Assembly: GCA_051294375.1 (NCBI GenBank)
Contig: CM119271.1
Coordinates: 10,477,811-10,541,810, forward strand
DNA length: 64,000 bases
Source: Paraspadella gotoi
Taxonomy: Eukaryota > Animalia > Chaetognatha
Reading direction: 5' to 3'
The translations under genes were made by a program, and so were the position numbers. Shown here piece by piece: positions 13,501-25,570 of the stretch (positions are counted from its first letter, which is position 1; each line of letters starts with the position of its first letter). The notes below the pieces were generated by a model. That model did not search any database, had not been told where the DNA came from, and saw only the letters and a list, made by a program, of their open reading frames with translations.

Positions 13501-16500
13501 AAAGGCCAAGGTGGCGAAGGGACAAGAAGTGACAGACTACCGTTTCTTCGTCCGCTCCATTATCCGCCATTCGGATCTCGTCACCAAAGACGCCTCCTTC
13601 GAATATTTACAGAACGAGGGCGAACGTGCCGTGCTGGAGGCCATGGATGCCCTCGAGGTCGCCTTCTCCACCAACCCCACCTCCAAGAAGGCCGACTGTA
13701 ACCACATCTTCCTCAATCTATTGCCCACCGTACTCATGGACCCAACTAAGATCGAGGAGGCCATCCGCAACATCGTGCTGCGTTACGGTATCCGACTGTG
13801 GAAGCTGCGCGTGCTGCAAGCCGAGATCCGCATGACTATACGCAGCAGCGCGAACGCCCAGCGACAACCCATCCGCGTTTTTCTCTCCAACGAGAGCGGA
13901 TACTATCTTGACATGTGCGTGTACAAAGAAGTGACCAATCTTGCCTCCGGACAGACCGTTTTTCAAGCGTACGGCACCAAGCAAGGACCCTGGCACGGAA
14001 TGCTTACCTCCACGCCCTACATGACTAAAGACCAATTACAGCAGAAGCGATTTCAAGCTCAAACTCTCGGCACGACTTACGTGTACGATTTCCCGGAAAT
14101 GTTCCATCAGGCTCTGCTCGTTTTGTGGAAAGAATACATGGAGGCGCAAAAGAGGGAAGACGGCGTCAAAGATACTACTCCCGGCGCTACGAAGCCACCG
14201 GACGCCGTTCCGAACGATCTCCTTCATTGCATCGAATTGGTGTTGGACAAAAATCAACACCTGGCGGAGATGAATCGTCTTCAAGGAGAAAATAACATCG
14301 GGATGGTCGCCTGGAAGATGACACTGAAGACGCCCGAGTGCCCTAACGGACGCAGCATCGTCGTCATCGCCAACGACATCACCTTTAAGATCGGATCCTT
14401 CGGACCCTCGGAGGATCGTCTCTTCCTTGAAGCCTCCGTCTACGCGCGCAAACACAAACTGCCCCGCGTCTATCTGGCGGCCAATTCCGGCGCCCGTATC
14501 GGCCTCGCGGAGGAGATCAAGCACCTCTTCCGCATCGCTTGGATCGACCCCGAAGATCCCGACAAGGGCTTCAAGTACATCTACTTGAGTCCCGAAGACT
14601 TCAAGAAGGTCTCGACGGCGAACTCGGTACGCGCCGAACTCATCACCGACGTCGGTGAGAAAGGAGAGACGGAGAGCCGCTACCGCATCACGGACATCAT
14701 CGGCAGCGACGACGGACTTGGCGTGGAGAACCTTCAAGGATCGGGGATGATCGCCGGAGAATCCTCTCTCGCCTACGAAGACATTGTCACCTACAATTTG
14801 GTGACGTGTCGCGCCATCGGCATCGGCGCCTACCTCGTTCGACTCGGACAACGAACCGTTCAAGTCGAGAACTCTCACATCATCCTCACGGGAGCGGCGG
14901 CGCTCAACAAGGTGCTCGGCCGGGAAGTCTACACGTCGAACACGCAATTGGGCGGCATTCAGATCATGCACAACAACGGCGTCTCCCACGCGGTCGTGCC
15001 TAACGATTTCGAGGGAATTTGCCTCATTTGCCGATGGCTCTCCTTCGTTCCCGCCGAAAAAGGGGGTCAATTGCCGATCTTGTCTGTCGGCGACCCAGTC
15101 AACCGAGAGATCGAGTTCGTGCCGACCAAGAGCTGCTACGAGCCGCAGTGGATGCTGGCCGGCCGACCAGATCCAGAAAATCCCGACCGATGGCAAGGTG
15201 GCTTTTTCGATCGGGGCTCCTTTCGCGAGATCATGGAGCCCTGGGCGCGGACGGTCGTCTGCGGTCGGGCGCGCCTCGGCGGCATACCCGTCGGCGTCGT
15301 CGCCGTGGAGACGCGAACCGTCGACCTGGAGATTCCCGCCGATCCGGCTAACATCAACTCGGAACTGCGCAACATTCAACAAGCCGGTCAGGTGTGGTTT
15401 CCCGATTCGGCCTACAAGACCGCGCAGGCGCTGAAGGACTTCAATCGGGAGGAGATCCCGCTCATCATCTTCGCCAACTGGAGGGGATTCTCCGGCGGGA
15501 TGAAGGATATGTACGAGATGGTGAGTTGGGGGGAAAAAGTCTCCCGAATTGCCAATTGCTTTGCAAATATATTGCTTAAGAATTCATATTATATTTTTTT
15601 TAATTTAGGTTTTGAAATTTGGGTCGTACATCGTGGACGGACTTCGGGAATACAAGCAGCCTGTGATTGTTTACATTCCTCCGTACGCCGAACTCAGGGG
15701 CGGCGCTTGGGTCGTTGTAGATCCGACAATTAATCCTCAGCACATGGAAATGTTAGTCGTTCGCTGAAGTTTACGCAAATGAGTTTAATATTTAAATTTA
15801 GCCTTAAGTGTATAATGAATGTACCCGAAATTCACATATTCATACCTTTTTTATTTTAGGTACGCTGACGTTCTTTCGCGCGGCGGCGTGTTGGAACCGG
15901 AAGGAACCGTTGAGATAAAATTCCGCTCGCGTGAGTTGGTCAAAGCCATGCGTCGGTTGGATCCCCAGGTTGATGCGGTTTTGTTTCGTTATTTTATTTG
16001 GTCCTGACTTCATTTAAACTTATTGAGTATAGGATTTATTTGTTGTTTAGGTAAAGTCTTTGGCGCAGAAATTAAGCGACCCATCATTGGACGCGAAGAC
16101 GAAGAACGATTTGGAATCGGATCTTCTGGCCAGAGAGCAGTCTCTCCTGCCAATTTATACGCAAGTAAGTCGAGCCTACAACGTACAAATTTTTCGCAGT
16201 TATCAATCACTTTGACCCAAATCAGGTCGCCATCCAATTCGCGGACCTCCACGACACCGCTGGTCGGATGCAAGAGAAAGGGGTGATCAACGACATCGTG
16301 GAGTGGCGATCCGCACGGAGTTTCTTCTACTGGCGCCTCCGCCGACTGCTACTGGAGGATCGCGCCAAGAGGCTCATCCGCGACGCCGACGCCGATCTCC
16401 CCGAAGGCACCGTCTCTTCCATGCTGCGACGGTGGCTCGTCGAGCACAAGGGCGCCGTCAACGCTTACATCTTCGAGGATAACGAGGCGTTCGCCGAGTG

Positions 16501-16722
16501 GCTCGAGGATCAACTAGACCCAGAGCGAGAGAGCTCCTCCGTGGTGATGGAGAACATCGCCTGTCTGGCCCGCGACGCCGTCATTCAGACCATCAGGCGC
16601 CTCGTCTCTCAGCATCCCGAAGTGGCCGTCAACAGTGTCATCCACATCATGCAGACGGTCGATCCTTCCCAACGCGCCGACATCTCCAAGATTCTCGCCA
16701 ATTTGGACGCCGCCGCGCAGGT

Positions 16723-16765
<43 letters not shown>

Positions 16766-16914
16766 AGATTGGCCAACTATGTTCCTATTACCAGGAGGAG
16801 GGCGAGGACGGCGGGACTCCGCGGGGTTCGACGTCTCGAACGAGAACCGTGTCGGCTTCGGGGACTCGAACGAGAACGAAGAGCCTTTCCTCCAGCATCA
16901 TGAACGATGAGTGA
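4811..16914 (+). CDS. ACC: Acetyl-CoA carboxylase (eukaryotic BC-BCCP-CD-CT polypeptide), multi-exon; first exons 4811-4866, 4945-5080, 6299-6435; last exon 16795-16914
   Basis: [68 protein letters not shown], biotin site EIEVMKM (~9861-9881), CT motifs [24 protein letters not shown] and ANWRGFSGG. The first two exons are inferred from the SMSG motif and phase. Confidence 0.97.
10512..10568. repeat. (AAT)n microsatellite in an ACC intron
   Basis: Direct reading; it explains the poly-I/Y/L ORFs in the track. Confidence 0.95.
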
Positions 16915-18337
16915 ACGAGATGATCGAAAGTGTGAGATAAAAAGATTGGAGACCATGTTAGTTATTCGCCCCCCTTTCGAAGACTTTATCTCGCGACATT
17001 TAAGATCATGCGGCTTGGCTTGCTTTGACATTAAGTGCCATATATTGCGTATGCAACTTTTTCCATCTTATTTCCACTTTTTTGGACGGTTCTGTTATAC
17101 TTAATTTTTACTTAGTTTTAAGACGAAGCCATACTACGTATTTTAATACTTAGTCGAAATGTGATTAACGCTCACTGTCATAACCTCACTTCGTACAAAT
17201 AGTCGGTCAAGTTTTTAAACCGCCTTTTTCAGATTTGGGAATTTAGTCTTAGATGTTTTAAATAATGGAATTTTTTTTATTGTTGATATTGTTATAATTA
17301 TTAGTATTTTCCGACATCCGCTAGTCATATTCGATAACATGGGTTCATGCTCTTTTCGTCAGAACATTTTATTAGTTCATTCCCTTTGTTGATTCGTTTA
17401 TTATTTATCTCCAGCGGCCTAAAAAGAGGGCAGAAAAATATAAATTGGGTCTCCGATATTGATTTAAATTTAAAGATTACCTAAATCTAATAATTATAAT
17501 GTTAGTATAAAATAAGCACTGGATATAAAGCCCTATCATTTATGGCTTCATCTCGGTATCTTTTCATTTATTGAGATCCGAGAATGTATTTTTCTGCTTC
17601 TAATTTAATTATGCCATTTTACACAATGTGCTTGAACATATTTTTGTTGAAATTAGATTTTGGAAATAAACGCTGACAATTGGACTATCGAAAAGAGTGT
17701 CGACATCTCTTATGACATTCGCAGTAAAATCAGGAAAAAAGGAAGAAAAAAGGGGGGGAAGGAAAAAAGGACGCCTTTTAAGATTGGTGACAGAAATGAT
17801 TAGATCAAACGGTCCGAAAGTTAGAGGGCATAAAATTGCGATTGTAGTCAGAGTCCCCATTTTATAAATAAGTGCGGGACATTTCTGCTCACAATACTTC
17901 TTTCAGAAAAATCTTTTATTGTACTTCTTGGTTAAATGATTTTTTGCAGATAACCATAACCTGTTCAAAGTAATTTCTAATTAGTAAACGAATAGATAAT
18001 TTATTGGTTTATTTTTCTTAAGATAATGAAAATGGAAAAAAAAGAAGATAAGAATTATCGCTGAGTTTTTTAAAATGAAAATCTTCATTCGTCTATAAAA
18101 TCTGATCGGTTTGACGATTTCACAACTCTGGTCCGGAGCGCTACACGGTGCGGGCGTTTTTACTTTTATCATCGGTTGCCCGATGTAATTTGAAAATAAT
18201 AGGTATCTTACTCTTCGAGGAAATTTAAATTTTACATTTCTTGCACTGCCTATCAAATATTTTACTTTCGCCAACCGCGGTTTTCGCGGCTTTTGAAAAT
18301 TTTTTTTTTTTAATTTAAAAAAAAATATTACCTAATT

Positions 18338-18408
18338 ACCCTAACCCTAAACCCTCTTAACCCTAACTACCCCTAAACCACCCATAACCCTAACCCCTCC
18401 CTAACCCC
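18338..18408. repeat. Degenerate telomere-like (TAACCC)n tract upstream of Axin
   Basis: accctaaccctaaaccc...taaccctaacccctccctaacccc; a similar short tract lies on the other strand at ~45879-45898. Confidence 0.6.
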
Positions 18409-20000
18409 AGTCGGCGAAAGTAAAAGCAACCCTTTTTTTTCTGTACTTGTATTCTTGCAAGAATACATTTATAAATTGTTTTGTTAAAGTTAATGCCGAT
18501 CTCGATTTTCATTGAGCTTTTCGTTTTATATTTTATTTTTTGATCTGTTTCGATATTCCGTTTTTTTTTTTCGATCCTCCAAAGTTTTCCTCGCCTTAAA
18601 AAAGTAATTCTAAACCGAAAAAGGAAAGAAAATAGCGCGGGCAGTCGGTTCACTTTGCACATAAATTCAATCCGCTGGAACTCCTTTCCTTATCGACTTT
18701 TGTTTCATCATCGTCGTTGATCGTCTCCATCGACGTCGTCGTCGTCACGGTTCATTTCGTTCACTTTCTCTCTCTCTCCTTCTCTTCTGCATTTTTCTCT
18801 CTATCTCTCTCTCTCTCTCTGGCTCTATCTCTCTCTCTCTCTCTGGCTCTATCTCTCTCTCCCCCTTTTTTTTCGAAAAGAAAAAAAACCTTTATTCTTT
18901 TCTCGGGGCCGCCTTTGAAAATCACCGACCCACTCCTTTACGTTTCCGCGTTTCCTCCTCCGCGGCCCCGATCGAGCATCTCCTTCTCCGCTCGATCCGG
19001 GCCTCAAAGGAAAAAGCCTGGTCGGCGTCCGAATCGTCGTCGTCGCTTTTTCGTAGCATCAGCAACAGACGACGATAAAAGCGGAGCTGAATTCGAGGGA
19101 TTCAATCCATTCGTCGACAGCACAAGTTAAAGAAGGAGAAAATACGAAAAAGAAAGAAGAAGCCCTTTTCTTTCTTTCCTCTCTCCTGCTGCTTCTTCTC
19201 ACCTCCGAAGATTTTCTTCTTCTTCTTCGTCCCAAATTTTGTTCTCCTTTCGCTTCTTTTTTTTTGGGAGTAAAAACAATGAAAGAATTTGGTTAACTTT
19301 ATTTTCGTCTCTTTCTGGCGGAAGAGGATTTTTTCGTTGTTTTTTTTATTAAAAAGATGTCGAAGAATGGAGAGTCTCTCTCTCTCTCTCACACACACAC
19401 ACTCACTCACTCACTCACTCGTTGGTGTGTCAGCTTCCACCTTTCACTCTTCCTCTTTGTTATCCCAGTATTCGTGCGTACGGAACGCGATAAAAAACCT
19501 ACCATGGAAAGCTTTCGCTTTTTTGAGATTTATCCCCCAGTTTCATTTAACAAATTTTCACCATTTTACCTTCCAGATTTATACAATGTTGAAAGTATAA
19601 CTAAATTACTTTACATCTCCCGCGCGAGACGCGCCGTCAATCCGTGACGGGTTAAACTCGTTGTGTAGTTTTCGAAGCCTCGATTTCGATCATGAACTAG
19701 GATTTATGAAACGCCGAATCAAACCTTGAATATAAATCCCGACGCGACGCGACGACTACTGTTTCTACGTTTCATCTCGTAATTGTTTTGAAAATAGTAT
19801 AAAATGGGATTATTTAAATCGGATTAAAGTTTCAAAAAACCGGGGACGTGTCGAGTTTTTTAAAAAAAAAGTAATATTCCTAACGTCGTCCGACATTCGA
19901 GCTGCGTTCGTCACTCTTACGTCTAACTCCCCCCCCCGCCGTTGAATGCGGGCGACGCGCGGCGTGACGCTCGCGACGCCGTCTCCGCCCCGTCGCCGCC

Positions 20001-23000
20001 ACGACGTCCGCCAAGCCCTCTTCCGAGGAGCTCTACTACCCGGACCCCTTGGAGCCGCGGCCCCCCGTGCCGGGCGAGGAGCGGACCGGAAATGGTGCCC
20101 CCCCGGGGGTCAACAACGTGACCCTCGGGGGGGCCTGGTCCTCGTCGGGCAACTCGTCCTCGGGCCGACCGGGCAAAGCCGCCTCCGTCGCCATGGCGTC
20201 GGTCAAGGCCGCCTCGACGCCGCCCTCTGTCGCCACGCCGAGAAAGTCAAACCTGAGCGTCTCTCATTATGGCGCCGATGGATGCAAGGTTAATTTAGTT
20301 AATAGTTATTATTAATATTTATATAATATATAATTTAGAGTTTGCCGTGCTTTTCCATTATACGACTCCGTAATGAAAATAAACTTGTTAAGGGTTATTA
20401 CATCAATATTACATTAAATAATCATCTCTTAGACACTTCCAGATAATTCAATCGAATACGTACTTACGTAATTTCTTGTAGATACAGAAGGCTTCATATT
20501 ATAAAATGAGGTACCCCTTTTTTGTGACCAGAATCTGTTCCCACCAAACTACCCAATCGAATTTTATCAAATTTTACATATAAATGGAACTATCGACTAT
20601 CGAACCGAATTTTGATATTCAACCCCTGACAAGAGATACAGGGTCCTGGGGTTGAACCCCTGGGGGGCCAAAAAAAGTTTAAAATTTTTTTTCATATTTT
20701 AATAATTTTTAGTTGCATCAGGTGCATTGATATCTTAAACATATAAAAAAACATTTTAGAACTAAAATTGATAAATTTTTAATAATTAAGCATTGTTTGA
20801 ACATGCATGATTCATCGTTTTACTTCTAATTTTCCAAAATTATTCCAAATCTGACTTGAACAGCTGATGTTCATGAAGATGAAAATTAAGGTAAATTAAC
20901 ATTTTTGAGGTAATAAATACGTTTTTGTGGAAGAGTAAACGTCTGTGCTACTGTTCAAAACAAAAATAATTAAAAAATTTGGAAAAAAATATAATATCTC
21001 GGCTCAGGCGTCAAATATTGTAATTCGCCTCGATAGTTCTATTTGTATTCATTCCAAATTTCAATAAATTTGGTCAAGTAGTTTTCTCGGAACGTGTTCT
21101 GATCACAAAAAAAGGGTACCTCATTTTATAATATGAAGCCTTCTGTATTTATTCTTATGGATATATTTCTATGGTTGAATTTACTATCGGATTAATAGGA
21201 TTATTTCTAATTTTTTCTATTTCGCCCAGACTTCGGAGGAGGATGCTCCTCTGGGATTCGAACCCGAAGGCAGCGCCTCATCGACGACGCCTCCCTTCAC
21301 CGAGGCTTCCGGCACGCCCCCTTTCTACAAGTGGGCCGAGAACATCTGCTATCTACTCGAGGACGTGGACGGGGTCGACCTCTTCTCGAGGTTTTTGGAG
21401 CATGAGAACATTCTCGACGTTCTACCGTTTTACTTCGCCGTCAAAGGTGGGTCACAACTTCGAGAGGGTAATGGGCTTTGTGGTTGTTCGGGTTATTTGA
21501 TTTTGTCGCTACGAACTTTGCTCTATTGTAATCATTGATGGCTCGGCTCCATCTGTCAAATTTTAAACCGTTCTTATACATATATTCTTTTAGTATTGTT
21601 TATATTTATTTGTGACATTTAGGCCTTCGTGACCAACAACTCCAATCCAAACCGGATAAAATCCAACAACTGATAAAACTCATCTTCAAAAAGTACCTTC
21701 GCGGAGACAGGGTCATTCTGGTGCTAAAGGAAGGAACCAAGAAGAGTATCCAAGAGAAGATGTTGAACAAGAAGGAAGGGAACCAATTGGAGCCAGGTAC
21801 ATAGCTTAAAGAGCAATACAATTAGGGGTTTGTGGCTAAATTTACATAGTGCGTACCACTCTCCGAATTCTTTATTTCTGTCATTAAATTACGTATAACC
21901 CGCGCGTTATCATTTCCCCCAGGAATCTTCGACGCGGCGCAGCAGGAAGTTCTAGACTACCTGGCCGGCGCCCCTTACGCGGCCTTTCTCAAGAGCGACC
22001 TCTACGTGCAACACATCCAATGCGGCGGGCCCGAGTCTCTACCGGGCGAGAGCGTCGAGTCGTCGGGCTCTTCCTCCGGCGCTGGGAGCCACGCGGGCAC
22101 GAGGCCCGTTTCGCAGGGGTAATAGAGCGACTGAATTGTCGTTACCTGCCCCACCTTTCGTATATTTATCCTAATTCTTTTCCTTCTCTCATTTCGATCA
22201 TTAGTTATCTCCCGACTCTCCACGAGAACGAAGAGCTCGAGCTCTCCGACGCTCTCCCTTCCGGCTCCGCGCGCGACGACTTCGTGCCCGCCGCCGCCGC
22301 TACAGCCTCGGCGCCGTCCGCCCGCTCCTCCGGCGCCGGGCCCTCGCCCAACGTGGTTCCGCTGAGTCTGAAGACGCTGATGGCGACGCGTCACTCTCGG
22401 TCGGCGACGGCCGGGGAATATCCGACGACGGGACGTGGACGGAACATCGATCATCAAGGGTAGGGGTGGATAGATGGGGTTGGAAAGGGTGGATAGATTG
22501 GGAAAGGGGTTGTTTAATGGAGGAACGGAGTGGCTAGATGGGTAAAAGGGATGGATTCGATAACGAAACATTGAAATGTTTTTATGAATATATTGTTACG
22601 ATTGTCGTTGTGGCGTTGTTATGGCAAGCAAACCGACAACACACACAAACAGAAGATGACCCCCTCATAAGCGTCCTGACGAACAGTGTTGAACCGTTAC
22701 CAATTAGTTAATACTAATAATCGTGACATTAATTTTTGTTTTCAGTCGATCAATCAATCCCTATCACATGAATTACTGCACATCGTACAATCCCGTTTCG
22801 GCACAAGACTCGGAACTGCAGTCGCTCTCTAGCGACGCCTTGACCGACACCGACACCAAATCACTCACCGACTCCAGCGTGTGAGTAATTATTAAAAAAA
22901 TAATAATAATTCGGCTATTGATAATATTATGTGTCGTTTAGTACGTATCACACCTGGCTATTAGATGTGACGCGTGAATGAAAAGAGTATACGATTCTGC

Positions 23001-25509
23001 GAACCCCTCTCGTGCTCTTAAACCTAATTTTTTCCTGAATGTACCCAACCAACCTCTTGAAAAGTCTATCGACCCTCATGGTGACTTTGATCTCAACGCG
23101 CAAAATAGATTGGGTCGCGTTAATTTAACGGCTTTAATTATTCGCTCTTTACATGTGGATTATAAAAAAAAAGGAAAATAAGCCACGAATCGGTTAGAGG
23201 GGGAGAATAGAAACTTTTGGGTCGGTGAGCCTTCTCTCTTTTTAACGACGCCAATAAAACCTGCATAAAACGCCCGTCTGTTTACCGATAATAAAAAAAA
23301 AAATCTTCTGGGTCGGTTTTAATGAGTTAACCTCAGTGTAGAACCTCGTTATTTACATTTGACACGAGATTTTGTGGACTGAGCCTCTCCGAATAATTGG
23401 CCTTTTTGAAAAAAGTGAACTGAAGGTCTTTTTTTTTAAATTTTTACTTCTTCTCTCCTTGGTGCAGTTTTATGTGCGTCGTTTTCCGTGTTCGACATCC
23501 AATCGTTCATTCTGCCATCGCAAATGGTTTATATTGTTTACGAGGGGGGGGGGAACAACGCGAGCTCGATTTCGATGTACGTGGTTGTTCTTGTTAAGAC
23601 AGAAATCGGAGCTCAAATGTTGGTCAATGCTATAATTATTACGAGACGGTTTCAATTGGGCAAATTTTTAACGTTCTTTGTCTCAAATGTTTTCTTCTTG
23701 AATCTCGGACACCCATTGCTCCCCTTTTCTCTCCTTTGTCAGGAAGTTTGAAAGACATACTTCAACCACATGGCAAAAACACCGATTTAAAGAGGGGGAA
23801 TAAAAATTACTTAGAACCGAGAAAAAAAAATCGGTTTGCCTAATTTAATAATCGCGATCGGGTTCTTCTACGCAGCCTGGCCGAATCCCCGCTACCGAGA
23901 GCCCAAAACGCGAAAGCCTTAATAACAAAGTTTATATTATGAGACTCGCGTCCCCCTGCCGCGTCTTCGTTTGTGGCGAAGGCAGCGGCGTCTTTGATCT
24001 GTCTCTCTCTCGATTGGCTGGATTCTCCACCACTCTTCGCTCATTGGTCCAACCGGTTCATCGCCTTCGCCCTCGACTCGCCTTCTTTGAAGTTGTACCG
24101 GGCATGAAAATCCTCTCCCTTTCTTTTTTTTTTCTTTTTTTTTGTGTGAAGTAATCGTTTGACGTTGGGTGGAGAGTTTGTCTGTTATTATGCAATATAA
24201 TAATAGAGTATTATTTGTCACCTTTTTTTGGTTGGGTGAGCATTGATAAAATTAAGTCTTTTGATAAAATGAAGTCATAATAGTTATATTTTAAATCAAT
24301 TTCAACTTTTTTAATAACTGGGGGAAAAAATGAATGTTATATTTCTAAAAAAAGATCCCAACGAAGCGAAAGACTTTGGCGATGAATTCTAGGTGAGAAG
24401 GTAGAAAGAGGAAAATATTTGTTTACACTTCGGACTCTGTTTACATTAAGATCCAAGGAAAGGCATCTGAAAGTAATCCGTTCGCCAGTTTAGAAGAGGG
24501 GGGGAAAGAATCGATGAAATAATAATATCCAGGTGAAGCAGGGATTTAAAAAAAAAAAGATTTTTTGGCAGGAATTTGTCGGGAACGGACGTGCTGTTTT
24601 GAAACTGTTTTTTTAAGTTTTTATACTTAGAAAAGTATTTGTAATTATATATTAATCGGATGGAGAAAGATATGAGCATTTCGTGGCGAGGTGGACCGAT
24701 ATAGAATTAATATTCCATAAAGGAATTAAAAATTTGTATAATTTGCATTTTTCGTCTCTCGTTTAATCTCGGATGGCGACCAATAGTTTAAAAATTTATG
24801 CCTTTGAGTGATAGAACTCTTTTTCCTAAGGTTTCTTCTCAATTTCCGATCCATCCGTCTTTTTCAGATGTTAAAATCTACGTACATCATTCAGACGCTT
24901 AATTCAATTATTGTGTCCTTGCCAGTTTGAATCCTTCCGCAGCCTCGAACACCTTTTAAAATTTCTGCTTTCAAAAATATAATTAGTCAAAATTAGTGTT
25001 AAAAACTTTGTTATAAATAATTGAATTATAAATAAGAAGGCAATTATCAATTTAATTAAGGCGGGCTCTCTCTTTCTTCTTCAGGGATCGGTATCCTCTG
25101 AACGATCGGTTTCGCAAGCGACAGGCGAAGCAGGAGAACCGGGCCATCCGCCGCAGCGCCGACCAAAACCCGGACGAGCTCGTCACCCACCACAGATTCA
25201 TTCCGGTAGGATGAGTGTCTCATTCAACACTTTAGTCGGGGAGGATTAATAATTTATTTGTATTGATATTTAAGTATATGCATTACTCAATATTGAGTCT
25301 ATTTTACTGAAGAATATATAAGCAAAGCACGCTTAGTGATGATACGAATGCCAATGCGGTTAGATTGTATTAATCTGCTGGGAGAGTTTTACTAAAGCAA
25401 AAGTTTAAAAAAGAAAAGGAATAAAATCCTGAAAGCCACAAGAATCACAACTTTTTTTCCTGGGCCGAATTTCGATTCTCTGGTGTATATTTATTGCTTT
25501 CCCGAACTC

Positions 25510-25570
<61 letters not shown>

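Noticed and set aside
14036-15382. 448-aa minus-strand ORF
   Set aside because: Antisense shadow of the GC3-rich large ACC exon; no independent motifs.
18338-18408. True telomere or fusion site
   Set aside because: Short, degenerate and internal; similar tracts accompany dispersed repeats (e.g. ~45880).
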